This document shows positions 9,355 through 18,705 of a stretch of 64,000 nt of DNA, in pieces. Origin of the DNA: an uncultured Clostridia bacterium (GTDB lineage Bacteria > Bacillota > Clostridia > TANB77 > CAG-508); the NCBI GenBank assembly GCA_934149075.1, contig CAKPDR010000001.1:84060-148059 (forward strand). The letters run 5' to 3'. The notes beneath the pieces were generated by a model. It was given only the letters and a program-made list of their open reading frames with translations, searched no databases and was not told the origin of the DNA. Each line of letters begins with the position of its first letter. Positions within the stretch are counted from its first letter, which is position 1. The position numbers and the translations under genes are program-made.

Positions 9355-9385
9355 GGGACAAAATGTACCGGGTACATTTTGTCCC
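9355..9385. repeat. 31-bp perfect palindrome, same family (copy F2)
   Basis: GGGACAAAATGTACCGGGTACATTTTGTCCC. Its last base is part of the TAG stop of the 9385..10911 gene. Confidence 0.9.
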
Positions 9386-10911
9386 TATTTTGTTATTTCA
9401 TAAAACACAAAATTATCATCTTCTTTTATTAGGTTGTATCCATCTAGTTTTGTATTTTGAATAATCATATTCATTTTTGAATCTTTATATAAGATAATAT
9501 GTGTTATGTCATACTTTTTAAATATATCTTCAAACCATATATCTAAATTTGAACTTTTTATAAAGTCCATAAATATATCTCTTCCTCCATTATATTCTGG
9601 TGCATATAAATCACATCTAGAGTCAATAAATACCGGTATTCCTTTGTATAATAAATAACTTCCATAATTATATTCATTATATAATCTTACATTTTTTATA
9701 TTAATGTTGTTGTTATTAAAATATTGTATAATAAAATCACTCATTTCTACGGGGTATGATTTTTCATCTACATATTTTGCTTTAATTTTTGTTTTCACAA
9801 AATATAAACTTATTATTAAGATTAATGCTGATATCATAAATCCACCAAATAATGTTGTAAATACTTCTATAAGTTTTTCATCTACATCTTTTACTTCTTT
9901 TTTTACAAAGTCATATACTAGCCTATTCAATATAACTGAACATATTATTACAAACATTGTTGATTGTCTTTTTGAATATAGCATTAGCAATACTAATCCG
10001 CCAAGCATAAACAAATCAATTAATCTAATTTTAATATCTGTAAATGCCAATATTGCAATAAATATTATTAACACACATAGTATTTCTGCATTTTTTATTA
10101 ATGTCATTGGTAAATGTTCATTTATGTTTTGTGTTGTATTTCCTTGCATTGTCTTGATTAAATATGTATATGGCGTAGTTCCTAAAGGTGTTAAAAATCC
10201 AGTCAAAGTGCAGATTATCATTACTACTATTAGATATTTTACTCCATCTCTTTTTGTTAATGAGATTTTCTTTCCTTCTTTGAATTGTTTTCCATATTTT
10301 TTTGCAAATTTTTCTTCTATAATAATTACTATATATTCTGCTATATATGGTAAGTATAAAATAAACATAAATGGCCAAACAGCAACATGTAAATTTGCTA
10401 TTAATATTGATATTGCAATTAATCCAATTCCATATCTCTTTTTACTCGTATTGGCTAATTGCTCCATCAAATATATTTGTAGAGAAAATAATATAAATGT
10501 TACAAGTTGTGCTCTTGCTGCAATGTAATCTCTTAACATATACATTGCTCCAATTGTAACTACAAATGATACAACTTTATTTTTTACTAATTTAGAGTTT
10601 GTTTCGTATATCGTTATTCCTAATAATGCTGAAAATATACATGTTGATATATATATTCCAACAATTCCTCCTATTGAATATATTAAATATATTATTACAT
10701 CATATAACCAATGTGGATATGTATATTCTAAATCCTGATGCCACGAAAACGGGTCTATCATGTCTATTCCTTTGTTTTCTATTATGTGTTCTCCTATTTT
10801 TATTGTGTAAAATGTATCATTTTGTAAAGTCTTTGGTGTTATACTTATACAAAATATTGCAATTAAAATTATTGCCATAATTTCGAAATAAATTGTTTTT
10901 TTATTTTTCAT
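9385..10911 (-). CDS. Large polytopic membrane protein (508 aa), function unknown
   Basis: ORF track. More than 10 hydrophobic helices followed by a soluble C-terminal domain. Confidence 0.6.
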   Translation of the reverse strand: MKNKKTIYFEIMAIILIAIFCISITPKTLQNDTFYTIKIGEHIIENKGIDMIDPFSWHQDLEYTYPHWLYDVIIYLIYSIGGIVGIYISTCIFSALLGITIYETNSKLVKNKVVSFVVTIGAMYMLRDYIAARAQLVTFILFSLQIYLMEQLANTSKKRYGIGLIAISILIANLHVAVWPFMFILYLPYIAEYIVIIIEEKFAKKYGKQFKEGKKISLTKRDGVKYLIVVMIICTLTGFLTPLGTTPYTYLIKTMQGNTTQNINEHLPMTLIKNAEILCVLIIFIAILAFTDIKIRLIDLFMLGGLVLLMLYSKRQSTMFVIICSVILNRLVYDFVKKEVKDVDEKLIEVFTTLFGGFMISALILIISLYFVKTKIKAKYVDEKSYPVEMSDFIIQYFNNNNINIKNVRLYNEYNYGSYLLYKGIPVFIDSRCDLYAPEYNGGRDIFMDFIKSSNLDIWFEDIFKKYDITHIILYKDSKMNMIIQNTKLDGYNLIKEDDNFVFYEITK

Positions 10912-11027
10912 ATGTTTTTATACGGCCTATAAATATATAAACGTCCGCTTCTCCTTTCCTTGTTATAATATCCATATTATAACAGAAAAAATCCAAAAAG
11001 GCTAGGCTTTTTGGATTTTGTTTTATA

Positions 11028-11729
11028 TTAAACAGCTTCTTTACTTTCAGTTTCTTCTTTGTTTTCTGTTCCTTCTTCATTTATTAGTTCTAAACTACAA
11101 ATTGAAACCTCATAAGCTACTTTCATTTCTGATGTTCCATCTTCATATTTCTTTTCATATTGTCTTGATTGAACTCTTCCTACTATTTTTACTTGAGCTC
11201 CTACTTCTAGATTTTGACAAAATCTTGCATTTCTTCCCCATGCTATTGTTGGAATATAATCTGATTTATTATATGCTCTGTTTACTGCTAATAATAAATC
11301 TGCAATTTCTCTTCCAAATGGTGTTTGTCTGTAAATTGGTTTTTTACATACAAATCCGATAAGTACAACTTCGTTTGTTGTTTCTTCTTTTCTTACTATG
11401 TCACTTTCTTCTTGTTCTTCAACTTCTTTAAGTTCTTCAACATCTTTTGCAAATACTGTTAATATTAATTTGTTTCTTTCATTTTCATAACTATTATATG
11501 ATCTGAATTGTCCTTTAATTAATAATCTTGTACCTTCTTGTAACATTTCATCAGTTATTAATCTTTCTGATATTGTTATTGGTATGATGTCTGCATTTCC
11601 ACTTAAGCGTGGTATTGATAAGTTGAATGTATAAAATTTCTCTCCGTAAATTTCATGGCTAAATCTTTTTTCGCCTGTAACTTTTCCTACTAATGTTAAG
11701 TAGTTGTTTTCTAAATAATTTGTATCCAA
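11028..11729 (-). CDS. SSB-like protein with two OB-fold-like halves and an acidic tail
   Basis: Two repeats of an N..L.G.V......T..G......F.L pattern, IVGRVQSRQYEKK, and an acidic C-terminus EEGTENKEETESKEAV. Confidence 0.45.
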   Translation of the reverse strand: MDTNYLENNYLTLVGKVTGEKRFSHEIYGEKFYTFNLSIPRLSGNADIIPITISERLITDEMLQEGTRLLIKGQFRSYNSYENERNKLILTVFAKDVEELKEVEEQEESDIVRKEETTNEVVLIGFVCKKPIYRQTPFGREIADLLLAVNRAYNKSDYIPTIAWGRNARFCQNLEVGAQVKIVGRVQSRQYEKKYEDGTSEMKVAYEVSICSLELINEEGTENKEETESKEAV

Positions 11730-11909
11730 TTTTATTTCCTCCTTATTTTTTTCTTTATCAATTGTAAATTTCTCTTCTTGCTTCTCTTTTTTTAAAATTT
11801 TCTACAGTTTTTATTATACTACACTTTTTTGGTTTTGTCTACATAAAAAGTTAATTTTTTCTATTTTTTTTCATATTTTTGCTCAAATATTAGCATTTTT
11901 TGTACTTTT

Positions 11910-12422
11910 TTATAAATTATGCAGTTCTTTTATTATAAAAATTACTAATTTAGTATATATTTTTTTATCGTTTTCTCTAATTAGCTTTATTTCTTTTTCT
12001 TGACTTTCTATTATTTCTCCATTCAATTTTTCTATATCTCTCTGTAAACATACTATTATCTTTTCTTCTTTTACACTTGATATAGATATCGTCGCTTTTG
12101 TGTTAAAACCAAATGTTATTACTTTTATTGGCTTTTCTATGTTCATTTTTTTCAAAAATTCTATTTTGATATCTCCATTTAATACTAAATACTTTGTTTT
12201 TGATATTATCTCATTCATATATTTATATTCATCTGCTTCTAATTTTATATCTTCTAGTACAATTATTTCTTCAAAACAAATATTCTTAACATTTTTTATA
12301 GATTCTTTTGTTATTTCTACAATTTCAATATCACTCTCTTTCAGATTCTTTTTTATAATCTGATTATCTCTTTTTTTCGCAATTATTCCAATTAATGGCA
12401 TAACTCTCTCCTTTGTTGTCAT
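11910..12422 (-). CDS. Hypothetical protein (170 aa)
   Basis: ORF track only. Confidence 0.4.
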   Translation of the reverse strand: MTTKERVMPLIGIIAKKRDNQIIKKNLKESDIEIVEITKESIKNVKNICFEEIIVLEDIKLEADEYKYMNEIISKTKYLVLNGDIKIEFLKKMNIEKPIKVITFGFNTKATISISSVKEEKIIVCLQRDIEKLNGEIIESQEKEIKLIRENDKKIYTKLVIFIIKELHNL

Positions 12423-12459
12423 TATTTCCTAAACTTTTTTTTTTATACTTGTATGCACA

Positions 12460-13221
12460 CTAATTGGAAATCTGTGTTCCATTATTATTAATAGTGTAAT
12501 TATTTTGATATATTAAATCTGAGACAGTAGTAACCTTAAGTCCTTTTGATTTTATATTTTTAATAAGCATATCTAAACTATCAGCTGTATGCTTTGTTCC
12601 ATTATGACTTAAAATTATTGCACCATTATCAAGTTTATTTTTTAGTCTATTCCACATTTCTTCCCCTGTTAATCCTTTATAATCTAATGTGTCCAAATTC
12701 CATTGTATTGTGAAATAGCCATTTTCTTGTGCAGTTTTTATTACTGTGTCATTATATTCTCCATATGGCGCTCTGTATAATGTAGTTTTACTTCCAGTTA
12801 TTTTTTCTAACTTATTTACACTTAACTGTATTTCTTCTAAATTTTTTTCTGCTGATAAATTATTTACATGTGGATGTGTATTACTGTGGCTTCCTATTTC
12901 ATGACCGGCTTCATTTATCTTTTTTACCGCTTCTGGATATTTGTCTGCCCAATCTCCTACTATAAAAAATGTTATATGTACATCATTATTTTTTAATGTT
13001 TCTAATATACTGTCTATGTCGTCTGCATTCCATGCACAATTCATTGTTAATGCAACTTTGTTTTCTTCTGTTTGTACATTATATATAGGTAAATATTTTT
13101 CCTGTGCAAACGTTGGCACTGCACTAATATCTTTTATATTTGCTAGTGCAATTAATACTGCAACTGTTAATATTGACACAGCATATGTTTGTATTTTTTC
13201 TTTATTGAATATTAAGAACAT
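12460..13221 (-). CDS. Polysaccharide deacetylase (NodB homology domain), PdaB-like
   Basis: TFFIVGDWADKYPEAVKKINEAGHEIGSHSNTHPH. An N-terminal signal/anchor is present. Confidence 0.85.
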   Translation of the reverse strand: MFLIFNKEKIQTYAVSILTVAVLIALANIKDISAVPTFAQEKYLPIYNVQTEENKVALTMNCAWNADDIDSILETLKNNDVHITFFIVGDWADKYPEAVKKINEAGHEIGSHSNTHPHVNNLSAEKNLEEIQLSVNKLEKITGSKTTLYRAPYGEYNDTVIKTAQENGYFTIQWNLDTLDYKGLTGEEMWNRLKNKLDNGAIILSHNGTKHTADSLDMLIKNIKSKGLKVTTVSDLIYQNNYTINNNGTQISN

Positions 13222-13277
13222 AAAAAAACCTCCAAATTAAAACATGATACTAATTATATTTAATATTATGTTTTATT
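13193..13277. repeat. Left copy of an approximately 83-bp direct repeat, covering the first 9 codons plus the upstream region of the deacetylase gene
   Basis: ATTTTTTCTTTATTGAATATTAAGAACATAAAAAAACCTCCAAATTAAAACATGATACTAATTATATTTAATATTATGTTTTATT aligns with 15886..15968, with a few mismatches and indels. Confidence 0.85.
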
Positions 13278-13365
13278 CCGAAGATTATGATTTTATATTT
13301 ATTAATTATTAATAGGGAACCTTATTAAAAGTTCCCTATTTTTGCAGTCTATATAATATCAGATA

Positions 13366-14244
13366 TTATTTTTGAAGTTCAATAATTCCTACTCCAAATT
13401 GACTACAGTGATTGTTGTCTGATTTTACTGGTTTAGTTTGTGCAGCAGGCCATAATTTACCTTCATTTATATAACTTCCCCCTACACGCGAAAAACCTGT
13501 CTTAGATAATTCATCTTCAACAATTTTAATGGTATTACCAATCAAACCATATACTCCTCCGAATTCTCTTTTTCCAGTTCGTTCTTTTCCATAATCAGAA
13601 GCTCCAGTAGTATTACTATAATGTCCTATTTCTGATGAATCCACTACAATTTCTTCAAAAGTAGCAATTCCATCTTTTAACCATCTTAAAAGTAACAGGA
13701 AGTATGTGGTCTTTGAACACATTTTACTTTCATTTCTTGGCAAGTAATCCATTATACTTTTCTTCCAAGTTTCACAGCCCCAACCTGTAAAAGGTGCTTT
13801 GTTCTCAACAATCTTTAAACCATCAACTGCATCAAGTGACGGTTCATAAGCTGAAATCCAGCAAAAACCTTTTTGTGGTTTATTGGCTAGTGCCTCTAAA
13901 ACATTGTCTCTAAAACTTTTCTGCTTGCTTGTTTTAAAATTTCTTTTCTTACCTTTTAAATCATACATCAAATCATCTTCTGTCAAATCTCTCGTATAAA
14001 AATGCATGAATACATCATTCATTTTTACTTTACAATACCAGTATAAGCTGCCCTCTTTCCGATAAACCTCTCCACCTCCTACAAGTGGCTCTGGTTTTGG
14101 TATAAAATTATTCTCTACTATATCATTTTTCGGAATATCAGCCTCATCTGTGTATGCAATTCCAATTCTTCCATCATCCATTACACTTACCCGTTGGAAT
14201 CTAGCGCCTTTGGGTAATTCGACATACAACATTTTTTCGTTCAT
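13366..14244 (-). CDS. Hypothetical protein, modular family member A. It joins a shared N-terminal module to a C-terminal domain with weak FGE-sulfatase/SUMF1-like motif spacing.
   Basis: ORF track. Strong SD AAGGAGGA. The C-terminal half is homologous to 23462..24355 (DSSEIGHYSNT against DSTEIGHYFNT). See findings. Confidence 0.7.
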   Translation of the reverse strand: MNEKMLYVELPKGARFQRVSVMDDGRIGIAYTDEADIPKNDIVENNFIPKPEPLVGGGEVYRKEGSLYWYCKVKMNDVFMHFYTRDLTEDDLMYDLKGKKRNFKTSKQKSFRDNVLEALANKPQKGFCWISAYEPSLDAVDGLKIVENKAPFTGWGCETWKKSIMDYLPRNESKMCSKTTYFLLLLRWLKDGIATFEEIVVDSSEIGHYSNTTGASDYGKERTGKREFGGVYGLIGNTIKIVEDELSKTGFSRVGGSYINEGKLWPAAQTKPVKSDNNHCSQFGVGIIELQK

Positions 14245-14303
14245 AAAGTAATCCTCCTTTTGTTTTGAAAAAATATATTTATTTATAAAAAATTAACATA
14301 ATT

Positions 14304-14332
14304 ATTGTATCATGAATTTATTTATTATGCAA
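14304..14332 (-). promoter_or_regulatory. Putative sigma-A promoter for 13366..14244
   Basis: Minus strand reads TTGCAT, a 17-nt spacer, then TACAAT. The same block is duplicated at 15649..15677. Confidence 0.45.
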
Positions 14333-14458
14333 CAGCTATGGTGAAAAAATTTATTTTATAAAAAAACTATCTATAAAATCATAGATAGTTTTTTTACAAG
14401 TATTGTAGTTTTTAGAGAGTTTTATTATTTTTTGTGTTCCTCACAATTTAACCAAAAG

Positions 14459-15588
14459 TTAGATTTTTTTATTTTCTAAAATAGTCTTCGTTTTCTCCTC
14501 CATAATATTTAAATAATCTTCATTTTCCTTTGATACCTCTGGTTCACCTGGTATAGCACTAAGCATTCGATCTACTTTTCGTAATATATGATAACACTTT
14601 TTAGCATATTCTAGCTCTAATACTGGTAATTTACAAAGATTTTCATCACATTTTCTTACATCTTTAAGATCCAATTGAAGAATTTGTAGCATATTTATCA
14701 GCCACATTTTTTCCTCTTTATATTTTTCCTTTATATCACAGTCTCTAATTAATCCCCATATAGTTTTATAATTGAGTTTATTGTGTAAAAAGGATTTCTG
14801 GAACATAAAAGCTGCTTGCTCTTTCTTATCATGCTTAAAATAAAGCATTCCAAGTTCATACTCACCAATACTTTTGCATGCATCTACATTTAGATTTTTT
14901 ACATGGTCATGCTGAACAACTATTGATATATTCTCAAAGTCTTGATAAATATTATATATCTCTGCTAACATACTCCTAAGAATATGAAATGTATAACCTG
15001 TCCTCATATTCAATGTATCTGCAAGATTAGCTAATTTAATAGCACTGTAATTCATTGGGAGATTTAATACTTCACATAGTTCGTCCTCCATTCTCTTACA
15101 GTATATTCTTGCATATTCAAAATGTTCGAATCCCATTCTTTCATCAGCAGTATATTCTTCAAACTCATTTAAAGCTTTTTTCCAAATTTCCTTAGATACT
15201 TTAGCCTTGCATATTTTGGTGTAAGCTCTCTCTTCTTTCGAAAACTTTTGTAACGAAATCTCATGAACCAAACCACATTTACAATATTTTTCCATCATTG
15301 TCATTGATATAAAAAATTGCATCAAAATTATTTTTTCTTTTTTCGGTTTATTCTCCAGTGCCTCTAAAGCATTGGCTTTAAACATTTCTTGCTTCATCTT
15401 AAGATACTCATTTTCTGTTTTTTCAGAATTATAACAAAAGTCTTTTTCTGTTAAATCCTCTACATACAAATACATAAAAGTATCTCCATTTTTAAGCGTA
15501 CAATACCAATTTCTCCGTTCTTTGCTACACTTACCCGTCGAAATTTCGAACCGCTAGGTAATTTTACGTACATAGTTTTTTCTTTCAT
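14459..15588 (-). pseudogene. Modular family member B. It has the same N-terminal module but a TPR-like C-terminal domain. The 5' end is frameshifted with an internal deletion.
   Basis: The ATG at 15588 with SD AAGGAGAA encodes MKEKTMYVKLPSGSKFRRVSVAKNGEIGIV, against MNEKMLYVELPKGARFQRVSVMDDGRIGIA in member A, then hits a stop. The track ORF (14459..15475) continues in another frame with ..NWYCTLKNGDTFMYLYVEDLTEKDF, against LYWYCKVKMNDVFMHFYTRDLTEDDL in member A. Confidence 0.6.
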
Positions 15589-15648
15589 AAAGTATTTCTC
15601 CTTTCTGCATAAAAATATACTATAGTACATCTACATATTAACATAATT

Positions 15649-15677
15649 ATTGTATCGTAAATTTATTTATTATGCAA
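15649..15677 (-). promoter_or_regulatory. Duplicate of the TTGCAT-17-TACAAT promoter, upstream of member B
   Basis: Near-identical 41-nt block ATTAACATAATTATTGTATC(A/G)T(G/A)AATTTATTTATTATGCAA at 14292..14332 and 15637..15677. Confidence 0.45.
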
Positions 15678-15885
15678 AACTCTACATTATAAAATTCTCC
15701 AAGCATTCCAGTAGCATTTTCTTTTTAATTCCAAAAATATTATATTTTCCAAAACATATAATAAATCTTTTTTTATATCTTGTAAGTTTTTTGCTCAAAT
15801 GAGCAAAAACTTTTAGTTTTGCCTGAGTTTTTGCTCAAATTTAAGAAGTTTTATATAACAAACTTATAATTAATTTTCATGTTAT

Positions 15886-15968
15886 ATTTTTTCTTTATTG
15901 AATATTAAGAACAAAAAAACTCCAAATTATAACATTATACTAATTATATTAATATTATGTTTTTATTT
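15886..15968. repeat. Right copy of the approximately 83-bp direct repeat (dead-end copy of the deacetylase 5' end)
   Basis: Same sequence as 13193..13277, but the ATG is lost (AAGAACAAAAAAA) and the reading frame stops after about 10 codons. Confidence 0.85.
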
Positions 15969-15981
15969 AGAGTTTATTATT

Positions 15982-16728
15982 TTATATTATTTTCCCATAA
16001 AATATTTTTAATATTTCTTTATACATAGGAAATTTTATTTTTTCAATTTCTTCTATAGTTTTCTCTACATCATATTCAATTCTCAAATGTTGAAATTCTA
16101 CTTTTCCACTGTTAATATCTAATATCCCTGCATTAGCTATATTGTTACTTATAGGACAACCTAAAGCCCCTGGATTTATATACCATTTATTTTCCATATT
16201 ATTTACGCTGTAAGCATGTGTATGGCCATATATAAATATGTCAGCATTTATTTTATCAAACATATCTTGATTTTCAATGATAGTAGGCTTTTTAATATGT
16301 TTTTTATATTTTCCTTCTTCATTCTCTGGATAATGTACTATATATAATTTTTTATTTTCTATTTCAATACTTTTTTCTACGGGTAATTCTTTTATAAATT
16401 TTATTGATTCTTCACTTAACATACTTTGCGTCCATTTATGATTTTGAATTTTGTCAAAGCTCATTTTTCTTTTATCGTCATGGACCTCTTTAGGTAATCC
16501 GTCTGTAAAATACTTTTCATGATTTCCTCTTACCGATATTAAGCATTCCCTCTTTTTTATTAACATTTGTACTGCTTCTTCTGGGTTTGGTCCTATCCCT
16601 ATTATATCTCCACAACATATTATTTTATCAACTTTTATTTTATTAAATTCTTTCAATACTGCTTTTAAAGCCTGAACATTACTATGAATATCTGATATTA
16701 TACCTATTTTCATCTTTAATCTCTCCAA
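15982..16728 (-). CDS. Metallophosphoesterase, YfcE/MJ0936-like
   Basis: Motifs DIHSN, GDIIGIG, GNHE and GHTH in canonical order. Confidence 0.8.
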   Translation of the reverse strand: MERLKMKIGIISDIHSNVQALKAVLKEFNKIKVDKIICCGDIIGIGPNPEEAVQMLIKKRECLISVRGNHEKYFTDGLPKEVHDDKRKMSFDKIQNHKWTQSMLSEESIKFIKELPVEKSIEIENKKLYIVHYPENEEGKYKKHIKKPTIIENQDMFDKINADIFIYGHTHAYSVNNMENKWYINPGALGCPISNNIANAGILDINSGKVEFQHLRIEYDVEKTIEEIEKIKFPMYKEILKIFYGKII

Positions 16729-17249
16729 ATCTCACCATTTATAAATTGTGTTAATGCCATTATAAAAGCTTCCTTTGTCAAGTCATATCTAGTAATAACA
16801 TCATTTGTAAGATGAGCTATGCCACCTTTTTCATTTTTTAAACCATTTCCTTTGAATATTTTGTCCATTACTATTCCTAAATCTGTATTTATAATTTCTT
16901 CTACATATTTATCTGGAACTGGAAATGCTGGACCTGTACCAAAACCTTCATATCCGTTTTTATCCTTTATTACAGCTATTTGTATAATACACCATTTTCC
17001 TAATTTATTTGTTATTCCTGATTCAACACCTATAAAAAAATCAGCTTCCACATTATTTTCTTTAGCATATTTTACTAAATTATTTACTCTGTTACTTGCG
17101 CCTTTATATATTTCATCATTAACAGGTTCATCACTAACATCTGAACTTACAGGAATTCCTATAACATCTACATTATTATAAAATTTTTCAAATGCCTGTT
17201 TAGCTCCTTCTACCTTTCCTTTATTATTTGTTCCTATTAGTACTTTCAT
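16716..17249 (-). CDS. Non-canonical purine NTP phosphatase (YjjX/DUF84-like inosine/xanthosine triphosphatase)
   Basis: MKVLIGTNNKGKVEGAKQAF...SDVSDEP...GVESGI pattern. Overlaps the downstream gene by 13 nt. Confidence 0.65.
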   Translation of the reverse strand: MKVLIGTNNKGKVEGAKQAFEKFYNNVDVIGIPVSSDVSDEPVNDEIYKGASNRVNNLVKYAKENNVEADFFIGVESGITNKLGKWCIIQIAVIKDKNGYEGFGTGPAFPVPDKYVEEIINTDLGIVMDKIFKGNGLKNEKGGIAHLTNDVITRYDLTKEAFIMALTQFINGEIWRD

Positions 17250-17274
17250 TTTTTATTAATCCTCCTATTAATTT

Positions 17275-18705
17275 TTATTGTCTATACGATATTATTTTAA
17301 ACTCATTTCTCTTATCAAATTTAAAAATTAATACTTTTGTGTAATTATCTTTGTTAGGTTCACTTAGTTCATTAATAATAAAACTTGCTTGATATTTCTT
17401 CAATGTATCAAATGTATTCATAAATCCCATGCCTGTACCACCTTCATTTGCATGTGTGGTAATTGGTTCCTTCCCTAGCTTTGCTAATGTTTCTTTCTCA
17501 AATTCTATACCAGAATCATATATGTACAGACTGTAAATGCCATCAATCTCGCCAAGCCTTACTAAAATACTTCTATTTATATTGTCTGTATGATTTATTG
17601 CAATAATCGCATCTTTTATATGGTCTGCTAACAATATTTCTAAATCTTCTTTTGATATTAGATTATTTACCATATAGTGTATGTTTCCTGATATTTGCAA
17701 TTCAAATTCTATTTTATTTTTAATACATTCTGATTGCATATATTCTAACATATCATCTATATTAGGAATATCAGTTTTGCTCAATTTGGTTACAACCTTA
17801 TCTTTATATAGATCTTTTTCTATTTCTTTTATTCTATCTTGTACTTCTCCTGCATCTTCTTTACTTATTTCTACATTTGTTAATAATTGTTGTATTTTAT
17901 ATTCTAACGCTTTCTGCTTATGTGCTATTGAATGACTTTTCTTACTTAATCCCAAATTTTCCTCTTCTACCTGCTTTAATTCACTTTTTGTTTTTTCTAG
18001 TTCTTCTTTTGTTTCATTTAAGTCTTGAATTAGTAATTTTTGTTTGTAATAAATTTGTAATGATTTTTTGATTGTTGTAAACATTATAAAAATCGCTGTT
18101 ATAATTCCTAAAGCTAATTCTCTAGCAAGTGCTACATCCGTATGTATTAAAATAGCTATTAAGAAAAGAATAATTACTCCAATATTCAATACCAGTATGT
18201 CTAAATATTCATTTTGATTATCACCTTTCAAAAATGAAAATCCTTTTTTAAATCTTTTTATCTTAAATAATGTATATAATAAAATAACATGACTTATTAA
18301 TATAATTATCAAATTTATATAATCATTATTCAAATCAGTACATATACTAACTATAAAACTTATAGCTAAAGTCATACATAAAATAGTATAATTAATAGCA
18401 TGTGATATAATGGTCGCAATTATTGTTTTAGTAATCTTATTAGTTGAAAATATTATGCTAATTATCAAAACTTGACTTATTATGCTTATAAATATATTCA
18501 CATAATTTTTTATTATAGAATACGGAATTCCAAAAATTAGAATTATAATACTTTTCTTTATCAATTCTGAATTTATTTCTATCTTTTTACCAATAATCTT
18601 AAAATTGCTATAGAAAATAAAAAATATCAAAAATATTGTTTTTATAATATTTATATTTAACTCAACATCACTTTGTAAATAAACTGAATCAACATCGCCA
18701 AACAT
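17275..18705 (-). CDS. Orphan membrane sensor kinase-like protein (about 6-7 TM, coiled coil, C-terminal GHKL ATPase), AgrC/LytS-like architecture
   Basis: N-terminal 210 aa are polytopic. Coiled coil QDLNETKEELEKTKSELKQVEEEN. Candidate H in KKSHSIAHKQKA. G-box EGGTGMGFMNTFDTLKKY. There is no adjacent response regulator. Confidence 0.65.
   Translation of the reverse strand: MFGDVDSVYLQSDVELNINIIKTIFLIFFIFYSNFKIIGKKIEINSELIKKSIIILIFGIPYSIIKNYVNIFISIISQVLIISIIFSTNKITKTIIATIISHAINYTILCMTLAISFIVSICTDLNNDYINLIIILISHVILLYTLFKIKRFKKGFSFLKGDNQNEYLDILVLNIGVIILFLIAILIHTDVALARELALGIITAIFIMFTTIKKSLQIYYKQKLLIQDLNETKEELEKTKSELKQVEEENLGLSKKSHSIAHKQKALEYKIQQLLTNVEISKEDAGEVQDRIKEIEKDLYKDKVVTKLSKTDIPNIDDMLEYMQSECIKNKIEFELQISGNIHYMVNNLISKEDLEILLADHIKDAIIAINHTDNINRSILVRLGEIDGIYSLYIYDSGIEFEKETLAKLGKEPITTHANEGGTGMGFMNTFDTLKKYQASFIINELSEPNKDNYTKVLIFKFDKRNEFKIISYRQ

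Noticed and set aside
9704-10528. 274-aa plus-strand ORF antisense to the 508-aa membrane protein gene
   Set aside because: It lies entirely inside a well-supported minus-strand gene, has no SD, and has a low-complexity Ile/Phe/Asn/Ser composition typical of the shadow frame of an AT-rich membrane gene.
12941-13240. 99-aa plus-strand ORF overlapping the deacetylase 5' end
   Set aside because: It is antisense to a gene with clear NodB motifs and has no start signals.
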